NCBI GenBank assembly: GCA_965601985.1
Contig: CBFCXA010000001.1
Location: 1-33,798, forward strand
From: an uncultured Chromatiales bacterium
Lineage (GTDB): Bacteria > Pseudomonadota > Gammaproteobacteria > Steroidobacterales > GCA-2729495
Length of the DNA stretch: 33,798 bases
Direction: 5' to 3'
Shown here: one piece after another, positions 17,245 to 24,980 of the stretch
Numbering within the stretch: position 1 is the stretch's first letter
How the letters are laid out: every line of letters begins with the position of its first letter
The notes under the pieces: generated by a model
The model's database searches: none
What the model was told of the DNA's origin: nothing
The model's input: the letters and a program-made list of their open reading frames with translations, nothing else
Made by a program: the position numbers and the translations under genes

Positions 17245-18429
17245 TCAGTTTTCGGAGCGTTCGACGAGCTGCTTGGAGATGATCACCCGCTGGATCTCGT
17301 TCGTGCCCTCACCGATGCACATCAGCGGCGCATCGCGGAAGAAGCGCTCGATGTCGTACTCGGTCGAGTAGCTGTAGCCGCCGAACACACGCATCGCCTC
17401 GGTGCTGTTCTCCACCGCCGCTTCGGAGGCGAACAGCTTGGCCATGCCGGCCTCCATGTCGCAGCGCTCGCCGCTGTCGTATTTCTGCGCGGCCTGCTCG
17501 ACCAGCAGCCGTGCGGCCTCGGCGCGCGTGGCCATGTCGGCGAGTTTCATCTGGATCGCCTGGTGCTTGGCGATCGGTTTGCCGAAGGTCACGCGTTCCT
17601 TGGCGTAGGCCACCGCCAGGTCCATCGCGCCCTTGGCCAGCCCCACGCCGCGCGCGGCCACGTTGATGCGGCCGAGCTCCAGCCCGCCGGCGGCCTGCTG
17701 GAAGCCGCGGCCCTCGACGCCGCCGATCAGCCGGTCGGCCGGTACGCGGAAGTTCTCGAATACCAGTTCGGCGCTGTCGATCGACTTGTAGCCGAGCTTC
17801 TTGAGTTTCTTGCCGACCTCGAAGCCGTCACCCTTCTCGAGCAGGAACATCGACATGCCCTTGTGGCGCGGCTCGGCTTCCGGGTCGGTTTTGACCAGCA
17901 CCGCGAAGCAGGTGCCCTGGATGCCGTTGGTAATCCAGGTCTTGGTGCCATTGATGATGTAGTGATCGCCGTCGCGTTTCGCGACCGTGCGAATACTCTG
18001 CAGGTCGGTGCCGGCGTTCGGTTCGGTCAGGCCGATGCCGCCGCGCAGTTCGCCGGTCGCGAAGCGCGGCAGGAATGTCGCTTTCTGCTCGTCGGTGCCG
18101 AAACGCTCGACGCAGGCGGCCATGATCAGGTGCGAGTTGAAGATGCCGGTCGGCGCCATCCAGGCTTCGCAGATACGCGCGACGATGCGCGCATACAGGC
18201 TCGCGTTCAGGCCCAGCCCGCCGTATTCGGTGCCGATGGTCGCGCCGAACAGCCCGAGTTCTTTCATCTGCTCGACCAGGTCGGCCGGGTACTTGTCGGC
18301 CTGGTCATATTCCTTCGCGATCGGCCGGACTTCGCCTTCGACCCAGCGGTCGATGGCCTCCAGCATCGCGGCTTCTTCGTCCGCGGTCATGCGCTCGGGT
18401 TGGTGGATGTGTTCTGGTTGGGTAGCCAT
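17245..18429 (-). CDS. Acyl-CoA dehydrogenase (FAD-dependent)
   Basis: ACAD layout with GLTEPNAGTDL, WITNG, and the C-terminal catalytic region IGEGTNEIQR. Confidence 0.9.
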   Translation of the reverse strand: MATQPEHIHQPERMTADEEAAMLEAIDRWVEGEVRPIAKEYDQADKYPADLVEQMKELGLFGATIGTEYGGLGLNASLYARIVARICEAWMAPTGIFNSHLIMAACVERFGTDEQKATFLPRFATGELRGGIGLTEPNAGTDLQSIRTVAKRDGDHYIINGTKTWITNGIQGTCFAVLVKTDPEAEPRHKGMSMFLLEKGDGFEVGKKLKKLGYKSIDSAELVFENFRVPADRLIGGVEGRGFQQAAGGLELGRINVAARGVGLAKGAMDLAVAYAKERVTFGKPIAKHQAIQMKLADMATRAEAARLLVEQAAQKYDSGERCDMEAGMAKLFASEAAVENSTEAMRVFGGYSYSTEYDIERFFRDAPLMCIGEGTNEIQRVIISKQLVERSEN

Positions 18430-18432
18430 GTT

Positions 18433-18948
18433 CTATTCCTTGGCGGCGTCGCGGCTCGTATCGCGTTTGGGGATCAGCATCGTGCGGTCGAAGGTGCAGA
18501 CCACGGTGCCGTCCTGGTTCTTGCCGATAGTGTGCACGCTGACCAGTCCGGCATTGGGGCGCGACTTCGATTCGCGCTTGCTCTTGACCTCGGACTCCGC
18601 GTACAGCGTGTCGCCGGGATACACCGGGTGAGTCAGCTTGATGTCGGTCCAGCCGAGGTTGGCGATGGCCTTCTGGCTGACGTCCGACACGCTCATGCCG
18701 ACGACGATCGCAACCGTGAGGGGGCTGGCCACCAGCGTCCGGCCGAACTCGGTGTTCTTCGCATACTCGTCGTCGAAGTGCAGCGGATGCGTGTTCATGG
18801 TCAGCAGCGTGAACCAGATGTTGTCGTTCTGGGTCACCGTGCGGCCGGGCTGGTGCTCGTACACGTCGCCGACCACGAAGTCTTCGTAGTAACGACCAAA
18901 ACTTTCCCGGTAGCGCTGCGGCGCCACGGTCTCGCTGTTTTGAACCAT
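18433..18948 (-). CDS. MaoC-family (R-specific) enoyl-CoA hydratase/dehydratase, single hot-dog domain
   Basis: Hot-dog motifs HQPGRTVTQNDNIWFTLLTMNTHPLHFD...GWTDIKLTHPVYPGDTL. The start is set at ATG 18948 because the listed TTG 18984 lies upstream of the predicted -10 element and transcription start (see the promoter feature). Confidence 0.8.
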   Translation of the reverse strand: MVQNSETVAPQRYRESFGRYYEDFVVGDVYEHQPGRTVTQNDNIWFTLLTMNTHPLHFDDEYAKNTEFGRTLVASPLTVAIVVGMSVSDVSQKAIANLGWTDIKLTHPVYPGDTLYAESEVKSKRESKSRPNAGLVSVHTIGKNQDGTVVCTFDRTMLIPKRDTSRDAAKE

Positions 18949-18973
18949 GGAGTTCTGCTTGGGTGGCGACAAA

Positions 18974-18983
18974 TGTCCGGACA
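18974..18983. promoter_or_regulatory. Candidate GntR-family operator O1 (TGTCCGGACA)
   Basis: Perfect 10-bp palindrome with a GT-N4-AC core, directly downstream of the predicted -10. The identical core recurs at 21931-21940. Confidence 0.55.
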
Positions 18984-18984
18984 A

Positions 18985-19013
18985 ATGCTATGTTGCCGGG
19001 CTATTCCTGTCAA
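18985..19013 (-). promoter_or_regulatory. Sigma70-type promoter for the maoC-acd-caiB-caiB operon
   Basis: On the minus strand: TTGACA (19013-19008), a 17-nt spacer, then TAGCAT (18990-18985). The TGTCCGGACA palindrome follows immediately at the expected transcription start. Confidence 0.55.
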
Positions 19014-19017
19014 TCGA

Positions 19018-19027
19018 CATCCGGACA
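19018..19027. promoter_or_regulatory. Candidate degenerate operator O2 (CATCCGGACA)
   Basis: 8/10 match to TGTCCGGACA. It lies just upstream of the -35 element of the minus-strand promoter and 9 bp upstream of the gntR ATG. Confidence 0.35.
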
Positions 19028-19035
19028 CAAACTCT

Positions 19036-19818
19036 ATGACGCAAGGCTCGGTGCAGAAGACCAGGACCGCAAAGGAACCGCGTTACCGGCAACTGGCCAA
19101 CGAACTCATCGACGAGATCCGCAGCGGCCGGCTGGCCGTCGGCGAAGTGATGCCCGGTGAACTGGAACTGGTCGAAACCCACGGTGTGAGCCGGCATACG
19201 GTGCGCGAGTCGCTGCGCGTGCTGGAAGAACTCGGCCTGATCGGGCGCTACCAGGGCGTCGGTACCGTGGTTAAGTCGCGTGAGTCGACGCCGGCCTATG
19301 TACAGACGGTCGGGACGCCCGCCGAACTGCTGCAGTACCCGGCCGACAGCCGCTTGCGGGCAATGGGGAGCGAAGACGTGCGCGCCGGGCGCGCGCTGGC
19401 GCGGCTGCTCGGCTGCCGCACCGGAACCGAGTGGGTGCGCATCGGCGCGATACGCCGCATGCAGGACACTGGCCTGCCGATCTGCTGGGTAGATATCTAT
19501 GTGCGGCCCGAGTACCGCGGCGTCGCCGAGAAGATTGGCCGCAGTCGCAAGCCGGTATACGAAATCATCGAGCAGCAGTTCGACGAGGCCGTGGACAGCG
19601 TGGCGATCGACATCCGCGCCGGCGTTGTTTCAGCACCGGTCGCCGATGCGCTGGGCGTCGAGGCCGGCGCGCCGTCGCTGCGCGTGATTCGTCGCTACAA
19701 GGGCAAAGACGGCAGCTATTTCGAAGTCTCGGTCTCGGAGCACCCGGCTGAACGCTTTACCTATTCGCTGGAGCTGAAACGTGGCTGGGAGTCCGGCAGC
19801 GGGTGGACGGCCGCATGA
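19036..19818 (+). CDS. GntR-family transcriptional regulator (HutC subfamily, UTRA-type effector domain)
   Basis: Winged-HTH region YRQLANELIDEIRSGRLAVGEVMPGELELVETHGVSRHTVRESLRVLEELGLI with a ~170-aa C-terminal domain. Only the last 260 codons of the listed 751-aa ORF are real. The rest is antisense to the acyl-CoA dehydrogenase gene. Confidence 0.85.
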   Translation: MTQGSVQKTRTAKEPRYRQLANELIDEIRSGRLAVGEVMPGELELVETHGVSRHTVRESLRVLEELGLIGRYQGVGTVVKSRESTPAYVQTVGTPAELLQYPADSRLRAMGSEDVRAGRALARLLGCRTGTEWVRIGAIRRMQDTGLPICWVDIYVRPEYRGVAEKIGRSRKPVYEIIEQQFDEAVDSVAIDIRAGVVSAPVADALGVEAGAPSLRVIRRYKGKDGSYFEVSVSEHPAERFTYSLELKRGWESGSGWTAA

Positions 19819-20711
19819 CGACCGTGACGCGACTCGAGTTCTCCGGGCTGCGCAGCTTCCTGTTCACGCCCGGCAATCATCCCCGACGGGTGCAGAAGGT
19901 ATTCGCCACCGGGGCGGACGCGGCGATCCTCGATCTCGAGGACGCGGTCGCCATCGCCGAGAAAGAAGCGACGCGCGCGGTGGTGGTCGAGGCGCTTAAA
20001 AACGAGCGCCGCTGCAAAGGCTATGTCCGCATCAATTCACTCGGTACCGACTTCTGGGAAGGCGATATCCCGGCCGTGGTCGGCCCGTGGCTGGATGGTA
20101 TCGTTCTGCCCAAGGCCGAATCCGCCGCCGACCTGGTGAGCGTCGACGCGGCCATTACCGAGGCGGAGCAGGCGGCTGGTCTCGAGCCCGGCTGCATCGA
20201 CCTGATGCCGATCGTCGAGACCGCGAAGGGCATCGTCAATGTGAACGAGATTGCCGTCGCGGTGCCGCGCGTGAAGCGGCTGTCTTTCGGTGGCGGCGAT
20301 TACACCAACGATCTCGACTTCACCTGGACGCCGGAAGAGGAGGTGCTGGCCTATGCCCGCGCGCGCCTGGTGCACGCATCGCGCGTGGCCGAGATCGAAC
20401 CGCCGATCGACACCGTGGTGATTCACATCCGCGACCACGACCGCTTCCGGGCGTCGGCCGAGCGCGGGCGGATGTTCGGCTTCGCGGGTAAGCTGTGCAT
20501 ACACCCCGACCAGGTGCCTATGACCAACGAGGTGTTCACGCCAAAGCCGGAAGAAGTGGAGCATGCGCGCGCGGTGATCGCGGCGTTCGAGAAAGCCGAG
20601 GCCGAGGGCCTGGCGTCGATTCAGCTCGATGGCTACTTCATCGATTACCCGATCGTGTACAAGGCGCAGCGCATCCTGGCGCTGGTCGAACGACTCGAAC
20701 AGGCTGGCTGA
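19815..20711 (+). CDS. CitE/HpcH-family acyl-CoA lyase (citryl-/malyl-/citramalyl-CoA lyase-like)
   Basis: RSFLFTPGNHPRRVQK...ADAAILDLEDAV...MPIVETAKG...FGGGDY... are typical CitE-like motifs. Its ATG overlaps the gntR stop (ATGA at 19815-19818). Confidence 0.85.
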   Translation: MTTVTRLEFSGLRSFLFTPGNHPRRVQKVFATGADAAILDLEDAVAIAEKEATRAVVVEALKNERRCKGYVRINSLGTDFWEGDIPAVVGPWLDGIVLPKAESAADLVSVDAAITEAEQAAGLEPGCIDLMPIVETAKGIVNVNEIAVAVPRVKRLSFGGGDYTNDLDFTWTPEEEVLAYARARLVHASRVAEIEPPIDTVVIHIRDHDRFRASAERGRMFGFAGKLCIHPDQVPMTNEVFTPKPEEVEHARAVIAAFEKAEAEGLASIQLDGYFIDYPIVYKAQRILALVERLEQAG

Positions 20712-20714
20712 AAC

Positions 20715-21908
20715 TCAGATCGTGCCCTGCGCGCGGAGCGCGTTAAGCCTTTCATCGTCCAGGCCCAGGAGTTCGCCGTAGATCTCGGCGTTGTGCTCGC
20801 CGATGCCCGGACCGAGCCAGCGCACTTCGCCCGGCGTCTCGGTCAATCGCGGCACCACGTTCGGAATCGCCAGCTCGCCGATGCGCGGGTCGGCGAAGCG
20901 CAGGATGTTTTCGCGCGCGGCGTACTGCTCGTTGGCGAAGATCTCGTCGATCGCGGCGACCGGGCCGCAGGGCACCTGGCCGGAATCGCACAGGGTCAGT
21001 ACTTCGGCCTGCGGCAGCGACGAGGTCCACTCGGTCACCAGCGCGTCGACGTCGGCGCGCCGGGCTTCGCGTTTCTCCAGCGTGCCGAACTCGCCATCGC
21101 CGGCGACCTCCGGCCGGCCCATGATCTCGGCCAGCCGCGCGAAGATCTTGTCGTTGGTGCAGGCGATCGCGACCCAGCGATTGTCGCCGGTCGGGTAGTG
21201 ACTGTGCGGCACTGCGTTCACGGTCGCCGCACCCATGCGCTCGCGTACATAGCCCAGGTGGTCATAGGCCGGCGCGAGTTCGTCTAGAATGCGGAAGATC
21301 GATTCGTACAGGCCGAGGTCCACGACCTGTCCCTTGCCTGTCTCGTCGCGTGCGCGCAGCGCGGCCATCACGCCGAAGGCACCGTACAGGCCGGTCATGT
21401 AGTCGGCGAGCGTGGCCGAGCCGGGTGAAGACGGCGGGCGGTCCGGGTCGCCGGCCAGATAACTGATGCCGCCGAACGCATTAGCGATGCGCCCGAAGCC
21501 CGGGCGGTTGCGATACGGGCCCGTCTGGCCGTAGCCGGTGACCCGCAGCATGACCAGTTTCGGATTGACCTCGGCCAGGGTGTCGTAGCCCAGGCCCCAT
21601 TTCTCCAGCGTGCCGGTCTGGAAGTTCTCGCAGACCACGTCGGACTCGGCGACGAGGCGTTTAAAGAGTTCCGCGCCGTCCGGCTGGCGCAGGTCCAGGG
21701 TGATGCATTTCTTGTTTCGGCTCTCCGACAGCCAGACCAGCGTCTCGCCGCAGTCGGTCTTCGAGCCGAACTTGCGCATCGGCTCGCCGGAGCCGGGCAG
21801 TTCGATCTTGATGACCTCGGCACCGAACTCGCCCAGCAGCGTGGCGCAGTACGGGGCGGCGATGTAGGTGGCGATGTCGAGGACGCGGAGGCCTGCCAGC
21901 GGCTGCAT
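20715..21908 (-). CDS. Family III (CaiB/BaiF) CoA-transferase, paralog 3
   Basis: Start taken at MQPLAGLRVLDIATYIAAPYCATLLGEFGAEVIKIELPGSGEP (ATG 21908). The listed N-terminal 40 codons would run across the operator/promoter region. Confidence 0.85.
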   Translation of the reverse strand: MQPLAGLRVLDIATYIAAPYCATLLGEFGAEVIKIELPGSGEPMRKFGSKTDCGETLVWLSESRNKKCITLDLRQPDGAELFKRLVAESDVVCENFQTGTLEKWGLGYDTLAEVNPKLVMLRVTGYGQTGPYRNRPGFGRIANAFGGISYLAGDPDRPPSSPGSATLADYMTGLYGAFGVMAALRARDETGKGQVVDLGLYESIFRILDELAPAYDHLGYVRERMGAATVNAVPHSHYPTGDNRWVAIACTNDKIFARLAEIMGRPEVAGDGEFGTLEKREARRADVDALVTEWTSSLPQAEVLTLCDSGQVPCGPVAAIDEIFANEQYAARENILRFADPRIGELAIPNVVPRLTETPGEVRWLGPGIGEHNAEIYGELLGLDDERLNALRAQGTI

Positions 21909-21928
21909 AGGGAATCCGAAAAACGTAT

Positions 21929-21942
21929 AATGTCCGGACATT
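21929..21942. promoter_or_regulatory. Candidate GntR-family operator O3 (AATGTCCGGACATT), overlapping a TATAAT hexamer
   Basis: Perfect 14-bp palindrome. A perfect TATAAT on the plus strand (21925-21930) overlaps its left arm by 2 nt. It sits between the divergent caiB paralog 3 (start 21908) and the prpD-like gene (start 22043). Confidence 0.55.
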
Positions 21943-22042
21943 TTGCGGGAGATCGTCTGCCGCGACAAGCGCCGCCGGGCACGCCAGGCGCCCGGGCCGA
22001 TGCCGGGATTCGTTGCCGGCGCGGGCAAACCAGGAGTACGCC

Positions 22043-23467
22043 ATGAGTGCCGTGATTCAGCCGGCCGCCGACAGCGCGGCTGACGTGACCATCGCCGAAC
22101 GCTTCGCCGGCTTTGCTACCGGCTTCGATTTGTCCGCCGTACCGGCCGAGGTGCTGCAATACGCGAAGCTGTGTTTCGTCGACGCGGTGGGTATCGGCAT
22201 CGCATCGAACAGCTACGACTTTGCCGACAAGAGCGCGCGCGCGATCTCCGGTCTCGCCGGCAGTGGTCCGCATCCGGTGATCGGCCGCAGCGAGCGGCTG
22301 CCGCAGCGTGATGCGGCGCTGCTGAACGGCCTGCTCGTGCATGGCCTCGACTTCGACGACACGCACCCGGCCAGCGTGATCCACTGTTCCGCCAGCGCGG
22401 TGCCGCTGGTGCTGGCGCTGGGCGCGGAACGCGGTGTGTCCGGTGCCCGAGCGCTGGCCGCCTACCTGCTCGCGCTGGAAGCCGACGCGCGCATCGGCCA
22501 GGTCGCGGACGGCCAGTTCCAGAAAGTCGGTCTGCACCCGACCGGCGCGGTCGGCATATTCGGTTGTGCATTGGCCGCTGCGTATCTCAGTGAACTCGAC
22601 GCTCACCAGTCGGCGTACGCGCAGGGCATCGCACTCAGCATGTCGGCCGGCAGCCTCGAGTTCCTGGAAGACGGCTCCTGGACCAAGCGCATGCACCCGG
22701 GCTGGGCCGCGGCCAGCGCGATTACCGCGGCGGCGCTTGCGGCTCAGGATTTCCAGGCGCCGCTCAAGGTCTACGAGGGTCGCTACGGGCTGTACAACAT
22801 CTACCTGCAGGGGCGCGAGATTGGCGATCTTGCCGCGTCACTGGACGGGCTCGGCCGCGACTGGGAAACCATGACCATCGCGATCAAGCCGTACCCGGTC
22901 TGTCACTTCAACCACGCGTTTATCGATGCGGCGCTGGCGCTGAAGCAGCAGCATGGCCTCGAGCCCGACGACGTGGCCGAAGTCACCGCACTGATCCACC
23001 CGGGCCAGTCGCAGGTGGTCTGCGAACCGATTGCAGCCAAGCGTCGGCCGGGCAGCGACTACGACGGCAAGTTCAGCCTGCCGTTCGCGGTGGCCGCGGC
23101 CCTGGTGCGTGATCGCTTCACCCTGGATGAGCTTGAAGACGAAGCACTGAACGACCCGGCCATCCTCGCGCTCTGCGATCGCGTCGGCTACCAGCATGAC
23201 GAGACCTCGGCCTTTCCGCGCTACTACTCGGGCGAGCTGCGCGTGAAAACCACCGACGGCCGCGAACTCGCGCATCGCGAGGCCGTAAACCGCGGCGCCG
23301 ACAGCCGGCCGCTCAGCGAGGCCGACGTGCGCGACAAGTTCATGAGCAACGCGCAGCGGGTGATCGACACGCAGCAGGCCGAGCAGGTCTGGCAGGCCGT
23401 TATGAACCTCGATAAGGCGCCGGACCTGAAGGCGCTCACCGCCGTGCTCGGCGCGCAGGGAGACTGA
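22043..23467 (+). CDS. MmgE/PrpD-family protein (2-methylcitrate dehydratase superfamily, substrate unknown)
   Basis: RBS AGGAG 6 nt upstream of ATG 22043. ~474 aa with PrpD-type features (LNGLLVHGLDFDDTH, HPTGAVG, KPYPVCHFNH). Confidence 0.8.
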   Translation: MSAVIQPAADSAADVTIAERFAGFATGFDLSAVPAEVLQYAKLCFVDAVGIGIASNSYDFADKSARAISGLAGSGPHPVIGRSERLPQRDAALLNGLLVHGLDFDDTHPASVIHCSASAVPLVLALGAERGVSGARALAAYLLALEADARIGQVADGQFQKVGLHPTGAVGIFGCALAAAYLSELDAHQSAYAQGIALSMSAGSLEFLEDGSWTKRMHPGWAAASAITAAALAAQDFQAPLKVYEGRYGLYNIYLQGREIGDLAASLDGLGRDWETMTIAIKPYPVCHFNHAFIDAALALKQQHGLEPDDVAEVTALIHPGQSQVVCEPIAAKRRPGSDYDGKFSLPFAVAAALVRDRFTLDELEDEALNDPAILALCDRVGYQHDETSAFPRYYSGELRVKTTDGRELAHREAVNRGADSRPLSEADVRDKFMSNAQRVIDTQQAEQVWQAVMNLDKAPDLKALTAVLGAQGD

Positions 23468-23471
23468 TCCG

Positions 23472-24980
23472 ATGCTGATGACCGCGGAAGACTATCGCGA
23501 GAGCCTGCGCAGCTATTCACCCGACGTATTCGTCGACGGCCAGAAAGTCGACAGCGTGGCCGACGACCCGCGCCTCGCGCCCGGCGTGCGCGCGGTCGGC
23601 GTGACCTACGACTTCGCGCATCGCGAGGCCTACCAGCCCTACATGCTGGCCGAGCAGCACAGCAGCGGCAAAGACGTGAACCGGATGCTGCACGTCAATC
23701 GGCACACTGAAGACCTGCTGGCCAAGCTCGAAGCGGTGCGGCTGGTCTGCCGCGAGAGCGGCTGCGCGCAGCGCTACCTGACGCACGATGCGCTGAACGC
23801 GATCTACAAGACTACCTACCAGATGGACGGGAGCAACGGCGAGCTGCACCAGCGATTCCTGGGTTACCTGCACGAGATCCAGGACCTCGACCTCACGCTC
23901 GGCGTGGCGATGACCGATGCCAAGGGCGATCGCAGCAAGCGCCCGGAGGCCCAGGCCAATGCCGACAGCTACGTGCACATAACCGAGCGCCGCGCCGACG
24001 GCATCGTGATCCGCGGCACCAAGGCGATCGTGACCGGTGCGCCGTACATGCACGAGTTGCTGGTCATGCCCTGCCGAACCGTTAATCCGAACGCTGCCGA
24101 CTATGCCGTGTGCTGCGCGGTACCGGTGGATGCAAAGGGCCTACGCATGGTCTCGCGCCGTGCCGGCCGCCCCGGCCAGGCTGCCGCGAAGTTCAGCGGC
24201 AAGTACGGCCAGTCGACCGCCGTATGCATTTTCGAGGACGTGTTCGTGCCCTGGGACCATGTGTTCCTGGCCGGTGAGCACGAGCAGACCGAGTTCCTGG
24301 TCACCACCTATGCCAACCACCACCGCCACAGCTGCATCGGTGCGCGCGCCGGGTTTGGTGATCTGTTGATCGGTGCCGGCGTGCTGATGACGGAGGCGAA
24401 TGGGCTGGACCCGGAACGCGTCGGCCACATCCGCGAATCGATGGTCGAACTGATCAAGATCGTGGAGGGCTTCTTCGCCTGCGGTGTCGCGGCTTCGGTT
24501 TACGGCCTGGAGCACGAGTCCGGCGCCTGGCAGCCGGAGCCGGTGTTCGCCAACGTCGGCAAGCTGCTGCTCGCCACGCAGATCTACGACATGCACCGCC
24601 GCGCGCATGAAGTCTCGGGTGGGCTGGTCGTCGCGCTGCCCGGTCCGGATGAGGATCACAACCCGCACACCGCCGGCGATCTCTCGGCCCTGCTGCGCGC
24701 CCGCGAAGACGTGCCTTACGAGCAGCGTATCGACGTTGCGCGCTTCATCGAGGACCTGACCGCGTCGGATACCGGCGGCTGGTACTCATTGATAAGCCTG
24801 CACGGCGGCGGCTCGCCCGAAGCCATGAAGCGCGAGATCTACCGCCGCTACCCGATCGAGGAACGCAAGGCCCTGGTCGAACGCCTGCTCGATCGCGGCG
24901 TACTCGATCCGGAACAAACCGGCGCACCGCCAAGGCAGAGCCAGCCGGGGCAGTGCTGCCCGACCGGCTGCAAGGTGTAG
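23472..24980 (+). CDS. 4-hydroxybutyryl-CoA dehydratase / 4-hydroxyphenylacetate 3-hydroxylase (AbfD/HpaB) family protein
   Basis: ~500 aa with the N-terminal pattern typical of this family (AEDYRESLRSYSPDVFVDGQKVDSVADDPRL...). It starts 4 nt after the prpD-like stop. I cannot assign the subfamily by eye. Confidence 0.7.
   Translation: MLMTAEDYRESLRSYSPDVFVDGQKVDSVADDPRLAPGVRAVGVTYDFAHREAYQPYMLAEQHSSGKDVNRMLHVNRHTEDLLAKLEAVRLVCRESGCAQRYLTHDALNAIYKTTYQMDGSNGELHQRFLGYLHEIQDLDLTLGVAMTDAKGDRSKRPEAQANADSYVHITERRADGIVIRGTKAIVTGAPYMHELLVMPCRTVNPNAADYAVCCAVPVDAKGLRMVSRRAGRPGQAAAKFSGKYGQSTAVCIFEDVFVPWDHVFLAGEHEQTEFLVTTYANHHRHSCIGARAGFGDLLIGAGVLMTEANGLDPERVGHIRESMVELIKIVEGFFACGVAASVYGLEHESGAWQPEPVFANVGKLLLATQIYDMHRRAHEVSGGLVVALPGPDEDHNPHTAGDLSALLRAREDVPYEQRIDVARFIEDLTASDTGGWYSLISLHGGGSPEAMKREIYRRYPIEERKALVERLLDRGVLDPEQTGAPPRQSQPGQCCPTGCKV

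Noticed and set aside
17563-19035. N-terminal 491 codons of the listed 751-aa plus-strand ORF
   Set aside because: This part is antisense to the acyl-CoA dehydrogenase and MaoC genes, shows no recognisable domains, and has the Arg/Ala/Gly-rich composition typical of shadow frames in high-GC DNA. Only the GntR part from ATG 19036 is credible.
21395-22696. 433-aa minus-strand ORF, and similar long ORFs (5880..7070, 6488..7162, 6724..7572, 13909..14835, 16101..17048, 16214..17371, 3868..4635)
   Set aside because: All of them overlap well-supported genes in other frames or on the other strand. They are Arg/Pro/Ala/Gly-rich and lack family motifs. They are high-GC shadow ORFs.
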